64,000 nt of DNA from a bacterium (GCA_965219955.1 OZ244799.1:2208001-2272000), one strand, 5' to 3'. Shown: positions 9,546 through 19,439, counted from the stretch's first letter. The notes: generated from the sequence alone by a model not told the origin. A program made the numbers and translations.

Positions 9546-10433
9546 TTATTGGGGAGTATTTTCAAAGGCCCCGAAAGCGCCGGCGACATTGTCCTTATTG
9601 AAGGTCCCGCCCACTTCTTCGTGATTCGACCCGTAGAAAAGTCCGTGGATATTCCCCGTGTCGAAAGTACCGTCGGCGCGAACGGCAATATCGTCCCATG
9701 TGATGTCGGAAAGCGCGCCACCCGTTTCTCGATTCGAGATGTTCGTGAAGGAAACGTCCATCTGGGCGCCTCCGGGATTCGCCGCCCTGAACTCGAGCGT
9801 CGCGTCTCCTTCCACGCCGTTCCCCCGGGCACCTCCTTCCGCCGTGATTACGCCGAGCATGACGCCGCTGTAGGTGGCGTCCGCGGCGGGATGCGTTCCG
9901 GTGGCGTTGCCGACCGAAAGCCCCGTGCCGAAACCGGCCGAGGGGATGTTTGGACCGGAATAATTTCCCCAGGCCGCGAGGAAAAAGTTATGGACCATCC
10001 AGCCGCCATAGGCCGTGGCGCTGACGTTGCTGTCCTCCCCCAATGCGAAGGTGACGGAGCCGCCATAGACGGGGACGCCGTTCCTCGTGAGGATGAGCTT
10101 CGCCGCCTGTCTCAGATCTTCTATGTCAGACGTATCGGTATCCTGGATATCCTGCAGGGATACGGGCTCACTGATACCCGTATTCGGTTCCGTTAACGTG
10201 CAGGTTGGCCCCTCACAATCCGTTTCGAGCGTCGATTCCACGGGCGGCAGCCCCGGGACGGCTTGAACGAGAAGGTAACTGTTGCTGATGGAGAGCGCCG
10301 CATTCTCACTCAGCACGACGCCTTCGGTGGAGCCGGTCTCCGGCATGGTGGCGGGGGGTTCTGATTTTTTATCATCGCCGCCACATCCGAAAAGAAGAAT
10401 CGTCGTTAAGAGAATCGTAAGGGTTCGTCCCAT
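9546..10433 (-). CDS. Surface lipoprotein with TbpB/HpuA-like C-terminal beta-barrel
   Basis: Lipobox LLFGC; C-terminal IHGLFYGSNHEEVGGTF...GAFGA resembles transferrin-binding-protein barrels. Confidence 0.7.
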   Translation of the reverse strand: MGRTLTILLTTILLFGCGGDDKKSEPPATMPETGSTEGVVLSENAALSISNSYLLVQAVPGLPPVESTLETDCEGPTCTLTEPNTGISEPVSLQDIQDTDTSDIEDLRQAAKLILTRNGVPVYGGSVTFALGEDSNVSATAYGGWMVHNFFLAAWGNYSGPNIPSAGFGTGLSVGNATGTHPAADATYSGVMLGVITAEGGARGNGVEGDATLEFRAANPGGAQMDVSFTNISNRETGGALSDITWDDIAVRADGTFDTGNIHGLFYGSNHEEVGGTFNKDNVAGAFGAFENTPQ

Positions 10434-10589
10434 TTCACATCCCCTTTCAGTAAGGGTTCATGCCGAAGCAGAGCGCGCTTCAGCCACGTCCCTTCCAGTG
10501 CGGTATGTGATGGGCGGAAATGTTGCAGAATCAACGGCGAAGAATATAAAGAGTACGTCGAGGCCCGAAAACGGAGGTTCCGCTTCTAC

Positions 10590-10937
10590 CTACCTCCAGC
10601 GACGCTCTTTCACCTGGGCGGCCTTGCCCATGCGATCTCTCAGGTAGTAGAGCTTCGCGCGGCGCACGCGGCCTCTTCGGGTAACTTCTATCTTGTCGAC
10701 TCTCGGGGAATGCACCGGGAAGATGCGCTCCACCCCGATTCCGTATGAGAGTTTTCTGACGCAGAATCGCTCGCGAAGCCCGCCGCCCTGCCTGCCGATG
10801 ACGGTGCCCTCGAACACCTGGATGCGCTCCTTGTCACCCTCGACGATTTTCACGTGAACGCGCACCGTATCTCCCGGCTCGAAATCGGGAACGTCCTTGC
10901 GCATGCCCTCGCGCTCAATTTTGTCAATAATGTTCAC
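10590..10937 (-). CDS. rplS: 50S ribosomal protein L19
   Basis: [31 protein letters not shown] and [12 protein letters not shown] motifs. Confidence 0.99.
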   Translation of the reverse strand: MNIIDKIEREGMRKDVPDFEPGDTVRVHVKIVEGDKERIQVFEGTVIGRQGGGLRERFCVRKLSYGIGVERIFPVHSPRVDKIEVTRRGRVRRAKLYYLRDRMGKAAQVKERRWR

Positions 10938-10967
10938 CTGCCTGCTCCTTGTCCTGAAAAACCGGCA

Positions 10968-11540
10968 CTATACCTCTCTTTTGCCGAAAATGCGATCCAC
11001 CACAATTGCCGCAGCACCACGAACCGAGAGATGGTTGAATCCCGTATCGGCCTGCGCCTCCACGGGAAGCAAAACCACGTCGGACATCTCCAGAACCTCA
11101 TCCGCGAAACCCCAGCTCGTGCCGAACAAAATGACGTGCGGGACGTCTATTTCCTTCATCTCGCCGCGCAGCGCTTCATACCCCACGGCACCGGGCGCCC
11201 GCCTGGCCGTCGTGGCAACGCATCGCGGCCTTTTCGATTCCTTGCGTTCCACCTCCTCGATGAGCGCATCCAGGGACGGCAGAACTTCGAGGAATTCAAG
11301 CGTCTCGCCCCTTTGCGGGTGCAGCGTGCGGCCCGGTCCCTCCGTAAAATGACCTATCACCCGCTCGACGAACGCCCGCTGCGGAGCAGAAGGATGTACC
11401 ACAAATACGCCCGAGACGCCATAGGTGCGGCCCACGCGGGCGAGATCGTGCAAATCGAGGCTTGTAACGGAAGAAGTCACCACGCCGCCCGCGCGATTGA
11501 GCACCGGATGGTGAATCAGCGCGAGATAGACGTTGCCCAA
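10968..11540 (-). CDS. SPOUT-class RNA methyltransferase (Methyltrn_RNA_4 type)
   Basis: YLALIHHPV, DLHDLAR..RTYG, FGTSWG and FNHLSVR motifs; between trmD and rplS. Confidence 0.88.
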   Translation of the reverse strand: MGNVYLALIHHPVLNRAGGVVTSSVTSLDLHDLARVGRTYGVSGVFVVHPSAPQRAFVERVIGHFTEGPGRTLHPQRGETLEFLEVLPSLDALIEEVERKESKRPRCVATTARRAPGAVGYEALRGEMKEIDVPHVILFGTSWGFADEVLEMSDVVLLPVEAQADTGFNHLSVRGAAAIVVDRIFGKREV

Positions 11541-11555
11541 TACCCCGCAGCCCTT

Positions 11556-12284
11556 CTAGGTCCGTGAAGATTCCAGAAGGCGCAAATCTTCATCGCTCAA
11601 ATCGGCCCGCTCGAACAAATCCTTGCGCCTCTCCCGCGTTCTTTGGAGCGCCTGGCGCCTTCTCCAGAGGCGAACCGCCTCGTGATCGCCGGATAAAAGC
11701 ACGTCCGGCGCGCGAACCCCCTCGAACTCCGCCGGCCGCGTGTAGTGGGGGTGATCGAGAAGGCCGTCGGTGAAGCTGTCCTGAGCGGCGGAAGCATCGT
11801 TGCCCAGGACGCCGGGGATGAGCCTGCCGACGGCGTCGACCACGGCCATGGCCGGAATCTCTCCTCCCGAGAGTACGTAATCGCCGACCGATATCTCTTC
11901 ATCCACGCACAACTCGCTCACCCGCTCGTCCACGCCCTCATACCTTCCGCAGATGAGCAGCAGCCGCGGCGCCTCCGAGAACCTGCGGGCCGTCGCCTGA
12001 TCGAACAGCCGCCCCTGCGGCGTGAGCAGGACCTTGAGCGGTTCTGCATCCGCGTCTTCGCGAATCGCCCGGACGCCCTTTACGATGGGTTCGGGCTTCA
12101 TCACCATGCCCGCCCCCCCGCCGAAGGGCGCGTCGTCGGTCTGCTGGTATTTCCCCTCGGCGAAATCGCGCAGGTTCCAGACCTTGAATTCGAGAACGCC
12201 CCCCTCGACCGCACGTCCCACGACACCCTCCCGGAACGCCTCTTCCACCATGCGGGGCAGCACGGAAAGAACGTCGATGCGCAT
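11556..12284 (-). CDS. trmD: tRNA (guanine-37-N1)-methyltransferase
   Basis: DDAPFGGGAGMVMKPEP, CGRYEGVDER and GDYVLSGGE motifs. Confidence 0.98.
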   Translation of the reverse strand: MRIDVLSVLPRMVEEAFREGVVGRAVEGGVLEFKVWNLRDFAEGKYQQTDDAPFGGGAGMVMKPEPIVKGVRAIREDADAEPLKVLLTPQGRLFDQATARRFSEAPRLLLICGRYEGVDERVSELCVDEEISVGDYVLSGGEIPAMAVVDAVGRLIPGVLGNDASAAQDSFTDGLLDHPHYTRPAEFEGVRAPDVLLSGDHEAVRLWRRRQALQRTRERRKDLFERADLSDEDLRLLESSRT

Positions 12285-12293
12285 GAGACCTCC

Positions 12294-12800
12294 TCAATCC
12301 TCGTCATCGAATTTTGGCAACCGGAAAATCCAGCGATCCCCCTCGCGCCTCAACACGACCTCGCGCGTTGCGGGCGCGAGCAACTCCCCGCCTCCCGGCG
12401 TGCGGATGACGATGACGTCGTTTCCACCGGCTCCGAACATGTCCACCACGCGCCCGAGAGAGCTTCCCTCCTCGTCGATGATTTCGCAGCCTTCGAAGTC
12501 CTCGAAATAGAGAACCCCCTCATCGGGGCCGTCGAGGAATTTCCTGTCCGCCAAAAAAATCGTCCCCCGCAGCGCCTCGGCGTCTTCGGGGGTATCGATT
12601 CCCGTGAATTTCCAGACGACGGCTCCCTTGCCGCCCTGGTGGCAGGCCGCCACTTCGAACCTCTTCACGGGCTCATCTTGAGCGAACACTTCTTCGATTC
12701 GCCCGTAGACGCCCGCGTCGTCGAGCCAGGGTTCCACCCGAACGGCTCCCTTGATGCCGTGCGGCCTGAGCGCGACGCCCACGGCCACCTTGCCGCTCAC
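12294..12800 (-). CDS. rimM: Ribosome maturation factor RimM
   Basis: PHGIKG, AEALRG and GAGGNDV motifs; between rpsP and trmD. Confidence 0.93.
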   Translation of the reverse strand: MSGKVAVGVALRPHGIKGAVRVEPWLDDAGVYGRIEEVFAQDEPVKRFEVAACHQGGKGAVVWKFTGIDTPEDAEALRGTIFLADRKFLDGPDEGVLYFEDFEGCEIIDEEGSSLGRVVDMFGAGGNDVIVIRTPGGGELLAPATREVVLRREGDRWIFRLPKFDDED

Positions 12801-12809
12801 GGGGTTTCC

Positions 12810-13055
12810 CTAATCGTTGATGCCCGCCCTGTCGAGAAGGTTCCTGACCGTCCGGGTCGGGATGGCGCCCTTCTCCATCCAGGCCTTCGCCTTCTCGAGA
12901 TCGATATGAACGAATGCGGGGTCCTGCGACGGGTCGTAGCGGCCGATGCTCTCGATGAAACGACCATCGCGCGGCATGCGCTCATCCTGGACGACGACGC
13001 GGTAGCGCGGCGCTTTTTTCATACCCCCGCGGGCAAGTCTGATTTTTACGGCCAA
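12810..13055 (-). CDS. rpsP: 30S ribosomal protein S16
   Basis: [26 protein letters not shown]. Confidence 0.98.
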   Translation of the reverse strand: MAVKIRLARGGMKKAPRYRVVVQDERMPRDGRFIESIGRYDPSQDPAFVHIDLEKAKAWMEKGAIPTRTVRNLLDRAGIND

Positions 13056-13066
13056 AGTCTCTCTCC

Positions 13067-14401
13067 CTAGAAATTAAGCATCTGACGCATTCTCTGCATC
13101 TGTTTTTTCTTGCCGCCCTTTGAAAATTGCTTCATCAGTTTCTGTGTCTGCGCGAATTGCTTGAGCAGCCGGTTCACGTCCTGCACCCGGGTTCCGCTCC
13201 CGGCGGCGATGCGCTTTCTTCGGCTGCCCTTGATGATCTCGGGCTTCGTGCGCTCGGCCGGCGTCATCGAATCGATGATGGCCACCGTGCGCGTGAGTTC
13301 TGTCTCGTCGATATCCACGTCGGGCATCCTGTTTCCCAGCCCCGGTATCATGGACAGGACATCGCCCATCGAGCCCATTTTCCGCATCTGGAGGATCTGC
13401 TCCTTCATCGTCACCAGGGTGAAATTTCCCTTGCCCAGGGATTCCACCATGGATTGCGCGTCATCGGGGGAGATGGCGGCTTCGGCCTTCTCGATGAGGG
13501 ACATGACGTCCCCCATGCCCAGGATGCGCGAGGCCATTCTCTCGGGGTGAAACTCCTCGAGCGCGTCGAGCTTCTCGCCCACCCCGGCCATCTTGACGGG
13601 CACACCCGTCACCGAACGGAGCGAAAGCGCGCCGCCGCCCCTGGCGTCGCCGTCGAGCTTCGTCAGCACGACGCCCGTAATGCCGATTCGCTCGGAAAAC
13701 GCGGCGCCCAAGTTCACCGCTTCCTGGCCCGTCATGGCGTCCGCGACCAGGAGCACCTCATCGGGGCGCGCCGCTTCTTTCATCCGCTTCAACTCGTCCA
13801 TCAAGGTGTCGTCTACGTGCAGCCTGCCCGCGCTGTCCACGATGCAGTAATCGAAATGCTCGAACCGGGCTCTTTCACCTGCCCGCCGGACGATTTCCAC
13901 AGGGTCCGGCACCCCTTCCGAATCGAACGCTTCGGCGCCCGTCTGCTCGGCCAGCCTCTTGAGCTGGGTGATGGCGGCGGGCCGCGCGACGTCCGCAGGG
14001 ACAAGAAGAACGCGCAATCCCTTGCCTTTGAGCTTCAGGGCGATCTTGCCGGCCGTCGTCGTTTTTCCCGAACCCTGCAGACCGACGAGCATCACGGTGG
14101 TGACGCCGCTCGCGGCGCGCTCGAGCGGAGCGCTCTTCGCCCCCATGAGTTCCGTGAGACGCGCCTGGACCGCCTTGATGACCTGCTGGGAAGGGTCCAG
14201 GTGCGCGACGCGCTCGGCGCCGACCAGATCCTCGCGGATTTTCGCCACCAGATCCTTGGCGACCCGGAAGTTCACGTCGGCTTCGAGAAGCGCCAGGCGA
14301 ATCTCGCGAAGCGCGGAATCGACCTCTTTTTCTCCCAAAACGCCCCGGCTTCTCAAATCCTTGAAGATCCCGCCCAGACGCTCTTTCAAGCCGTCAAACA
14401 T
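13067..14401 (-). CDS. ffh: Signal recognition particle protein Ffh
   Basis: [32 protein letters not shown] and M domain; start placed at MFDGL. Confidence 0.98.
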   Translation of the reverse strand: MFDGLKERLGGIFKDLRSRGVLGEKEVDSALREIRLALLEADVNFRVAKDLVAKIREDLVGAERVAHLDPSQQVIKAVQARLTELMGAKSAPLERAASGVTTVMLVGLQGSGKTTTAGKIALKLKGKGLRVLLVPADVARPAAITQLKRLAEQTGAEAFDSEGVPDPVEIVRRAGERARFEHFDYCIVDSAGRLHVDDTLMDELKRMKEAARPDEVLLVADAMTGQEAVNLGAAFSERIGITGVVLTKLDGDARGGGALSLRSVTGVPVKMAGVGEKLDALEEFHPERMASRILGMGDVMSLIEKAEAAISPDDAQSMVESLGKGNFTLVTMKEQILQMRKMGSMGDVLSMIPGLGNRMPDVDIDETELTRTVAIIDSMTPAERTKPEIIKGSRRKRIAAGSGTRVQDVNRLLKQFAQTQKLMKQFSKGGKKKQMQRMRQMLNF

Positions 14402-14473
14402 CGAACACCCCAACTGATTGATATTCAATATGTTTTCGATTTTCCGCCCGCAAGGCCGGGTGAGGAAACCCAA

Positions 14474-14503
14474 CTTATAAGGATTTTATGCGGCGAGTGT
14501 CAA
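14474..14503 (-). promoter_or_regulatory. Putative sigma70 promoter of the ffh operon (TTGACA-N18-TATAAG)
   Basis: Perfect -35 and near-consensus -10 about 75 nt upstream of ffh. Confidence 0.55.
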
Positions 14504-14528
14504 CCACGTGTGGATGGGGCGGCCACTC

Positions 14529-14900
14529 GGGGCTGTTGAAAAAGTGCGATGCGGCGCAATCCTCCTCCCCGTCCTGCGCAGCCCACCGCTGCGCCTCACT
14601 CTGAGTAGCGGCCCCTCGACCTCGCTCGGGGCAGGCTCCGCCGTTCCCCGACACCCCTCACCCTGAGTAGCGGCGAAGCCGCGTATCGAAGGGCGAAATT
14701 CGCGCCCAATGCGAAAGCGATTGCGCCGTACGCCGGGAGACGCCTTTTGCCCCTCCCTCTTCGGTCGGGCCAAACCTTCGATACGAAGCTTTCGCGTCTA
14801 CTCAGGATGAGGGTTTATGGCACCCGCGCGGCAGAAAGAAGGATCGCCGCGTAATCCCCAATACCGCCCCGCTCCCGACGAAGGCTTTTTCAACAATCTC
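14529..14900. mobile_element. MITE-like element with 16-bp terminal inverted repeats enclosing palindromic repeats
   Basis: GGGGCTGTTGAAAAAG at 14529 and CTTTTTCAACAATCTC at 14885-14900; internal inverted pair CTCACCCTGAGTAG...ATCGAAGG / CCTTCGATACG...CTACTCAGGATGAG; no transposase. Confidence 0.7.
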
Positions 14901-14925
14901 ACACATGCGTACCTTTGCTTTTGAT

Positions 14926-15166
14926 CGTCATTCCGGCGCAAGCCGGAATCCATTTTCGCCTTCGCCTTTTCGCTTCCTCGCTCGGACGTCTTTACTCCCG
15001 GGCGGGGAAGATTGGAATCGAACACAAAAACGAAAGACGCATTCTCTGAATTCCGCATCCGGCCGCCGTGCAACAACAAGGCCGTGGCTGCCCCACCCGG
15101 TGAAAAATCAAAATGGATTCCGGGCAATCCCTCCCTCCTCGGTCGGCATTGATTGCCGGAATGACG
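14926..15166. repeat. CGTC-type REP pair
   Basis: CGTCATTCCGGCGCAAGCCGGAATCCA (14926-14952) and inverted partner TGGATTCCGG...CCGGAATGACG (15114-15166). Confidence 0.75.
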
Positions 15167-15197
15167 GGCATTGTGATCTCTCAAAGGGATGTTCCCG

Positions 15198-15390
15198 TAG
15201 GGGCGCTTCGTGAAGCGCCCGTTTCTCCAGGTGGGGCGCTCATGAACGCCCCACGTTCGCGAACGGCCCCTACAAGTTCGTTTCGACACGCGAGAGGTGC
15301 GTAGCAGGGCGACCCCCTGTGGTCGCCCTGCCCCCGTGGTTGTCCTTTGCCGGACAAAAAGGCGGGACAGGCACAGGGGCCTGTCCCTAC
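15198..15390. repeat. GTAG-type REP/BIME-like palindromes
   Basis: GTAGGGGCGCTTCGTGAAGCGCCC...GCCCCTAC, then GGGCGACCCCCTGTGGTCGCCC and GGACAGGCACAGGGGCCTGTCCCTAC. Confidence 0.75.
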
Positions 15391-15417
15391 AGTTGCAGGG
15401 GTCGTACGCCGGCTTTT

Positions 15418-16095
15418 TCACCCGCCCCGGATGCCGCGTATGGCCTCGGCATAGTCTTCCGCTCCGAACACGGCGGAACCCGCCACCAGTACTTCCGCGC
15501 CCGCCGCGCGTATTTCCGCCGCATTCTCCGGCGTCACGCCGCCGTCGACCTCTATCAGAACCGACAGCCCTCCCGCCTCGATCATCTCTCTCAGGCGGCG
15601 AATCCGCTCAAGGGAGGCCGGAATGAATTTCTGGCCGCCGAATCCCGGATTGACGCTCATGACGAGGACCATGTCCACCTCCGGGAGCAAGCCCTCCACC
15701 GCCGAAAGCGGCGTTCCGGGGTTCAGCGTCAGCCCGACGCCCAGGCCGCGCGCGCGTATGCGCTGCAAGGTGCGGTGGATGTGCCTCGGCGCCTCCACGT
15801 GAACCGTCAGGATGTCCGCGCCCGCATCGGCGAACGCATCGATGTAGCGATCCGGATCCGCGATCATCAAGTGCACGTCGAGCACCATATCGGGCGCGGC
15901 TCGCCTGGCCGCCTCGACGCCCAATGGCCCAACGGAAATGTTCGGCACGAAACGGCCGTCCATCACGTCGAAATGCAGCCAGTCCGCCCCGGCTTCGCGC
16001 ACCGCCGCTATCTCCTCGCCCATCCTCTCGAAAGCGCACGAGAGCAGAGAGGGCGCGACCCGGATTTCGCCGGGCGCCATATCGGGCTTGGGCAT
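15418..16095 (-). CDS. rpe: Ribulose-phosphate 3-epimerase
   Basis: HFDVMDGRFVPN, DVHLMI, MSVNPGFGGQ and EVDGG motifs. Confidence 0.97.
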   Translation of the reverse strand: MPKPDMAPGEIRVAPSLLSCAFERMGEEIAAVREAGADWLHFDVMDGRFVPNISVGPLGVEAARRAAPDMVLDVHLMIADPDRYIDAFADAGADILTVHVEAPRHIHRTLQRIRARGLGVGLTLNPGTPLSAVEGLLPEVDMVLVMSVNPGFGGQKFIPASLERIRRLREMIEAGGLSVLIEVDGGVTPENAAEIRAAGAEVLVAGSAVFGAEDYAEAIRGIRGG

Positions 16096-16108
16096 CTTGA
16101 TTCCTTCC

Positions 16109-17068
16109 CTAATGCGTTTGCTCTTCGACCAGACGGCCATCGAGGAATATACGCGCTCTCGCAGCTCCCTTCACCCGCACGAGCAGGTGAATCTCTTCGC
16201 CCGCGCTCACTTCGCGGGAGAGCGCCTCGCGCGTCTCGCCGTTTGATTCGAGTTCCACGCGCAGCGCGCGCCTGGGTTTTCCGTGCGGCACGCGGTAGCG
16301 CAGGACGATGAAATTTCCCGCCATCTGGTCCGCGCCGCGCGCCACGTCCACGTGCACCCGATGGCCCGCCAGAACGCGCCGCCCGTGCGGCGGAATCTGC
16401 GAAACGATGGAGGCCCTGAGCGACCCCGGGCGGTCCACGTAGCGCACGCGCCCGACCGTCAGGCCAAGCGCGCGAACCTTGTCGAGGGCGCTGTTGACGG
16501 GCTCTCCAATGAGCGAAGGCATGACGTAGGCCCGTTCACGGGGGCCCTGGCTGACGAAGAGAATCACGCCCTCTCCCCGCCTGATGTTTTCCCCCTCATT
16601 CGGCCAAACGCTCAAAACCTGATCGATGGGACGTTCGGGATCATACAATCGCTCCACCAGCCGGACGCGAAGACCCTCCAGGCGGATGAGGCTCTCCGCC
16701 CGGATCAGGTTCTTGCCCACCACCGCAGGCACGGCCACGTCCCGCCGGCCCTTGCTGAGAACGAGCGATACGCTTCTTCCCTTGCGTATGCGGCGTCCAC
16801 CGGGAGGATTCTGGCTGACGACGTGGTTCATGGACACGGCATCGCTGAAGGCGCGCCCGGTGACCTGCATGGGTATTCCCTTCTCCCCCAGCATCTCAAG
16901 CGCGCGAACCACGTCGAGGCCCACGACCCGGGGCAGAAAGACACCCTCTCCTCCCCTGAAGACGTAAAGGCCCGCAGCGCCCCCGGCGCCGCCCAAGGCG
17001 ACCAGGAACACGAACCAGAATATGCCCTTCAGTATCCCTGTCAGCAATTTCCGCCCTCTTTGCGCCAA
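16109..17068 (-). CDS. Membrane-anchored PASTA-repeat protein (no kinase domain)
   Basis: TM helix followed by three PASTA-like repeats (LPRVVG, VPAVVG, MPSLIG; SQNPP, SQIPP). Confidence 0.85.
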   Translation of the reverse strand: MAQRGRKLLTGILKGIFWFVFLVALGGAGGAAGLYVFRGGEGVFLPRVVGLDVVRALEMLGEKGIPMQVTGRAFSDAVSMNHVVSQNPPGGRRIRKGRSVSLVLSKGRRDVAVPAVVGKNLIRAESLIRLEGLRVRLVERLYDPERPIDQVLSVWPNEGENIRRGEGVILFVSQGPRERAYVMPSLIGEPVNSALDKVRALGLTVGRVRYVDRPGSLRASIVSQIPPHGRRVLAGHRVHVDVARGADQMAGNFIVLRYRVPHGKPRRALRVELESNGETREALSREVSAGEEIHLLVRVKGAARARIFLDGRLVEEQTH

Positions 17069-18411
17069 CTCATGGCGAAAAAGCCGTCAAGCCCGCTCCC
17101 CGGCGTAATCCTCAAGCTCCCGTCCGGCTCAAGATACCTCTTCGCGTCTTCGGGAAGAGCGCCCCCATCGCGTATGGGGACGAAGCCGGGCTCTCGAAAC
17201 GAAGCCACCACTTCCCCGGTTTCCTCGGGCTCATTCGTACAAACCGAATACACCAGTCTGCCGCCCCGGCGCACCGCACGGGCAGCACCCCGTAAAATCG
17301 CCGTCTGCCGACGCGCCTGCGCCTTCAGGTCCTCTTCCTGAAGCCGCCATCTCGCATCGGGATGCCGCCTGAAAACCCCCAGTCCACTGCACGGCGCATC
17401 CACGAGAACGAGGTCGAACGCTTCATGAAACGGCGGCCTCGCCGCATCCATCTTCGAGAGCCGAACGTCCGCCCGAATCCTAGCACAATTACGCCCGAGA
17501 AGAGCGAGGCGCCGAAGCGACCTATCCCCCGCTACGACGCGCCCTTCCTCCCCCACCGCCCAGACGAGACAAGCCGTTTTCCCGCCGGGGGCGGCGCAGG
17601 CATCGAGAACCCTCTCTCCAGGGGCGGCGCCTGCGAAACGCGACACCAGGCTCGAACTCTCATCCATGACGATGAATTTGCCCTCTCGCCAGGCCGCCGT
17701 ATCGCTGAAGCGCGTACCCGGCGCGCTCTCATCCGGCAGAAATACCAGACAGTCAGGGTCGGCGCATCCGGGCCGCGTCGCGACGCCTTCGCTCTCAAGT
17801 TCAGCCGCCAGACTCCGGGCGTTCGACGCCAGCGTATTTACGCGAAAGACGACGGGAGCCTCCTCGTTGTTCGCCCGGCAACGCCTGAGCGCCTCCTCTT
17901 CTCCGAGACTGCGCATCCAGCGTCTCACCAGCCACCTCGGGTGGGACTCCCAAAGCGTCAGGTAATCTTCGCTGCTTTCGGGCGGAGATACCTCATGCTC
18001 CCCCACCTTGCGCAAAACCGCGTTCACCAACCCTTTCGCCCAGCCCAGGTTCCGGCGGCCCAGCAGGGAAACCGCGCCGTCCACCGCGCTGTGCGCGGGC
18101 ACGCGGTCCATGAGCAAAAGCTGATAGGTCCCCAGCCGCAACGCTTCGCGCACGGGAGGGGCCACGTTCGGTTTTTCGAGAAAATGGCCGAAAACGAAAT
18201 CCAGACGCCCCCGCCACCTCAGGACGCCATAGACCAACTCGCGCAGAAACGCGCGGTCGCGCGCGTCGAAGTCCACTGATGAGAACCGCTCGACCAGTAG
18301 ATCCGCAGCGACGGGCGTTTTTTCGAAAGAAAGGAGAGCTGCGTGCGCCGCCCGGCGAACGAGGTCGGCGGAACGCGCGCTTTTCCCGCTGAGCGCGAGG
18401 TTCCTACTCAC
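17041..18411 (-). CDS. rsmB: 16S rRNA m5C967 methyltransferase RsmB/Sun
   Basis: NusB-like N-terminus; DACAAPGGKT, LVDAPCSGLG and YSVCT motifs. Confidence 0.95.
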   Translation of the reverse strand: MSRNLALSGKSARSADLVRRAAHAALLSFEKTPVAADLLVERFSSVDFDARDRAFLRELVYGVLRWRGRLDFVFGHFLEKPNVAPPVREALRLGTYQLLLMDRVPAHSAVDGAVSLLGRRNLGWAKGLVNAVLRKVGEHEVSPPESSEDYLTLWESHPRWLVRRWMRSLGEEEALRRCRANNEEAPVVFRVNTLASNARSLAAELESEGVATRPGCADPDCLVFLPDESAPGTRFSDTAAWREGKFIVMDESSSLVSRFAGAAPGERVLDACAAPGGKTACLVWAVGEEGRVVAGDRSLRRLALLGRNCARIRADVRLSKMDAARPPFHEAFDLVLVDAPCSGLGVFRRHPDARWRLQEEDLKAQARRQTAILRGAARAVRRGGRLVYSVCTNEPEETGEVVASFREPGFVPIRDGGALPEDAKRYLEPDGSLRITPGSGLDGFFAMSWRKEGGNC

Positions 18412-19355
18412 GCGCCCTCTCCGAGCACGAGGCCGGGCCGGCAGGGGTATCCCCTCGCGAATGCGCCCCCATCCATCTTCTTCTTGCCCGGCGGCTGGAT
18501 TTCGAGGATCACCAGATCACCCTCGCCCGCCGCCACTCGGATTCCCGCGCCCTCGGGCGATTCACCGAGTCCCAGAACCTCACCGGGGGCTCCGCCGGAC
18601 CCTTCCACAACCGGCCAGGCCCGCCATATCCGCACCGGACCGCTCTCTATCTCCGGCCACGTGGTCTCGGCCACCGGCCAGGGGTTGAGCCCCCGGATCA
18701 GTCTGTCGAGACGGCTCGCAGGCAGGCGCCAATCGAGTTTCGCTTCATCTTTCTGGAGTTTTTCCGCATAGGTGACCAGGGATTCATCCTGCGGCTCCTC
18801 CGTGGCCTCGCCTTTTTCGAGCGCGAGAAGCGTCGCCACCATCTGCTCCGCACCCAGAGCGGCCAGCTTGTCGTGCAGGGAGCCTGAGGTGTCCCTCAGC
18901 CCGATGGGCAGTGAGCGGCGCGCGAGCACCGCGCCGGCGTCGAGTTCGGGCGCGACCCGCATCACGCAGACCCCGGTCTCGGAATCGCCTTCGAGAAGGG
19001 CGCGCTGGATCGGCGCGGCGCCCCGCCAGCGCGGAAGAAGGGATGGGTGCAGGTTCAACAGCCCCGAGCGGGGAACGTCCAGCAGTTTCCTGCTCAGAAT
19101 CTGCCCGTAAGCCGCCACTATCCCTAAGTCGGGGCGAAACTCCGCGACGTCGGTCGAGCGGACCTTCTCGGGCTGCAGCACGGGAAGACCGGCCTCGAGC
19201 GCGCACGTCTTGACGGGCGGCGGCGTCAGTCGGCGGCCTCTGCCGGCGGGCCTGTCCGGCTGCGTGAAGACGGCCGCCACCTCGACGGGCGAGGCCGTCA
19301 GCGCGCGAAGCGTGGGCACGGCGAATTCGGATGTGCCGAAAAAGACAGCCCGCAT
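18408..19355 (-). CDS. fmt: Methionyl-tRNA formyltransferase
   Basis: FFGTSEFA, TQPDRPAGRG, NLHPSLLPRWRGAAPIQ and LDAG motifs. Confidence 0.97.
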   Translation of the reverse strand: MRAVFFGTSEFAVPTLRALTASPVEVAAVFTQPDRPAGRGRRLTPPPVKTCALEAGLPVLQPEKVRSTDVAEFRPDLGIVAAYGQILSRKLLDVPRSGLLNLHPSLLPRWRGAAPIQRALLEGDSETGVCVMRVAPELDAGAVLARRSLPIGLRDTSGSLHDKLAALGAEQMVATLLALEKGEATEEPQDESLVTYAEKLQKDEAKLDWRLPASRLDRLIRGLNPWPVAETTWPEIESGPVRIWRAWPVVEGSGGAPGEVLGLGESPEGAGIRVAAGEGDLVILEIQPPGKKKMDGGAFARGYPCRPGLVLGEGA

Positions 19356-19439
19356 GGATTCCTCCCGATAAAAACCGCAATGCCCGCCAAAACGCGCGCG
19401 GATCGACGCAAAAATATAGCACGAGCGAAACGGGGATTC

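Noticed and set aside
12800-12810. Missing KH-domain gene between rpsP and rimM; also no rseP after dxr and no miaA after mutL
   Set aside because: Ordinary gene-order variation; the genes may lie elsewhere.
14529-15390. Possible CRISPR array
   Set aside because: Repeats are inverted, heterogeneous and irregularly spaced; no cas genes.
14486-15421. ORFs of 95-207 aa in the ffh-rpe spacer
   Set aside because: They are translations of palindromic repeats; no transposase (HUH or DDE) motifs.
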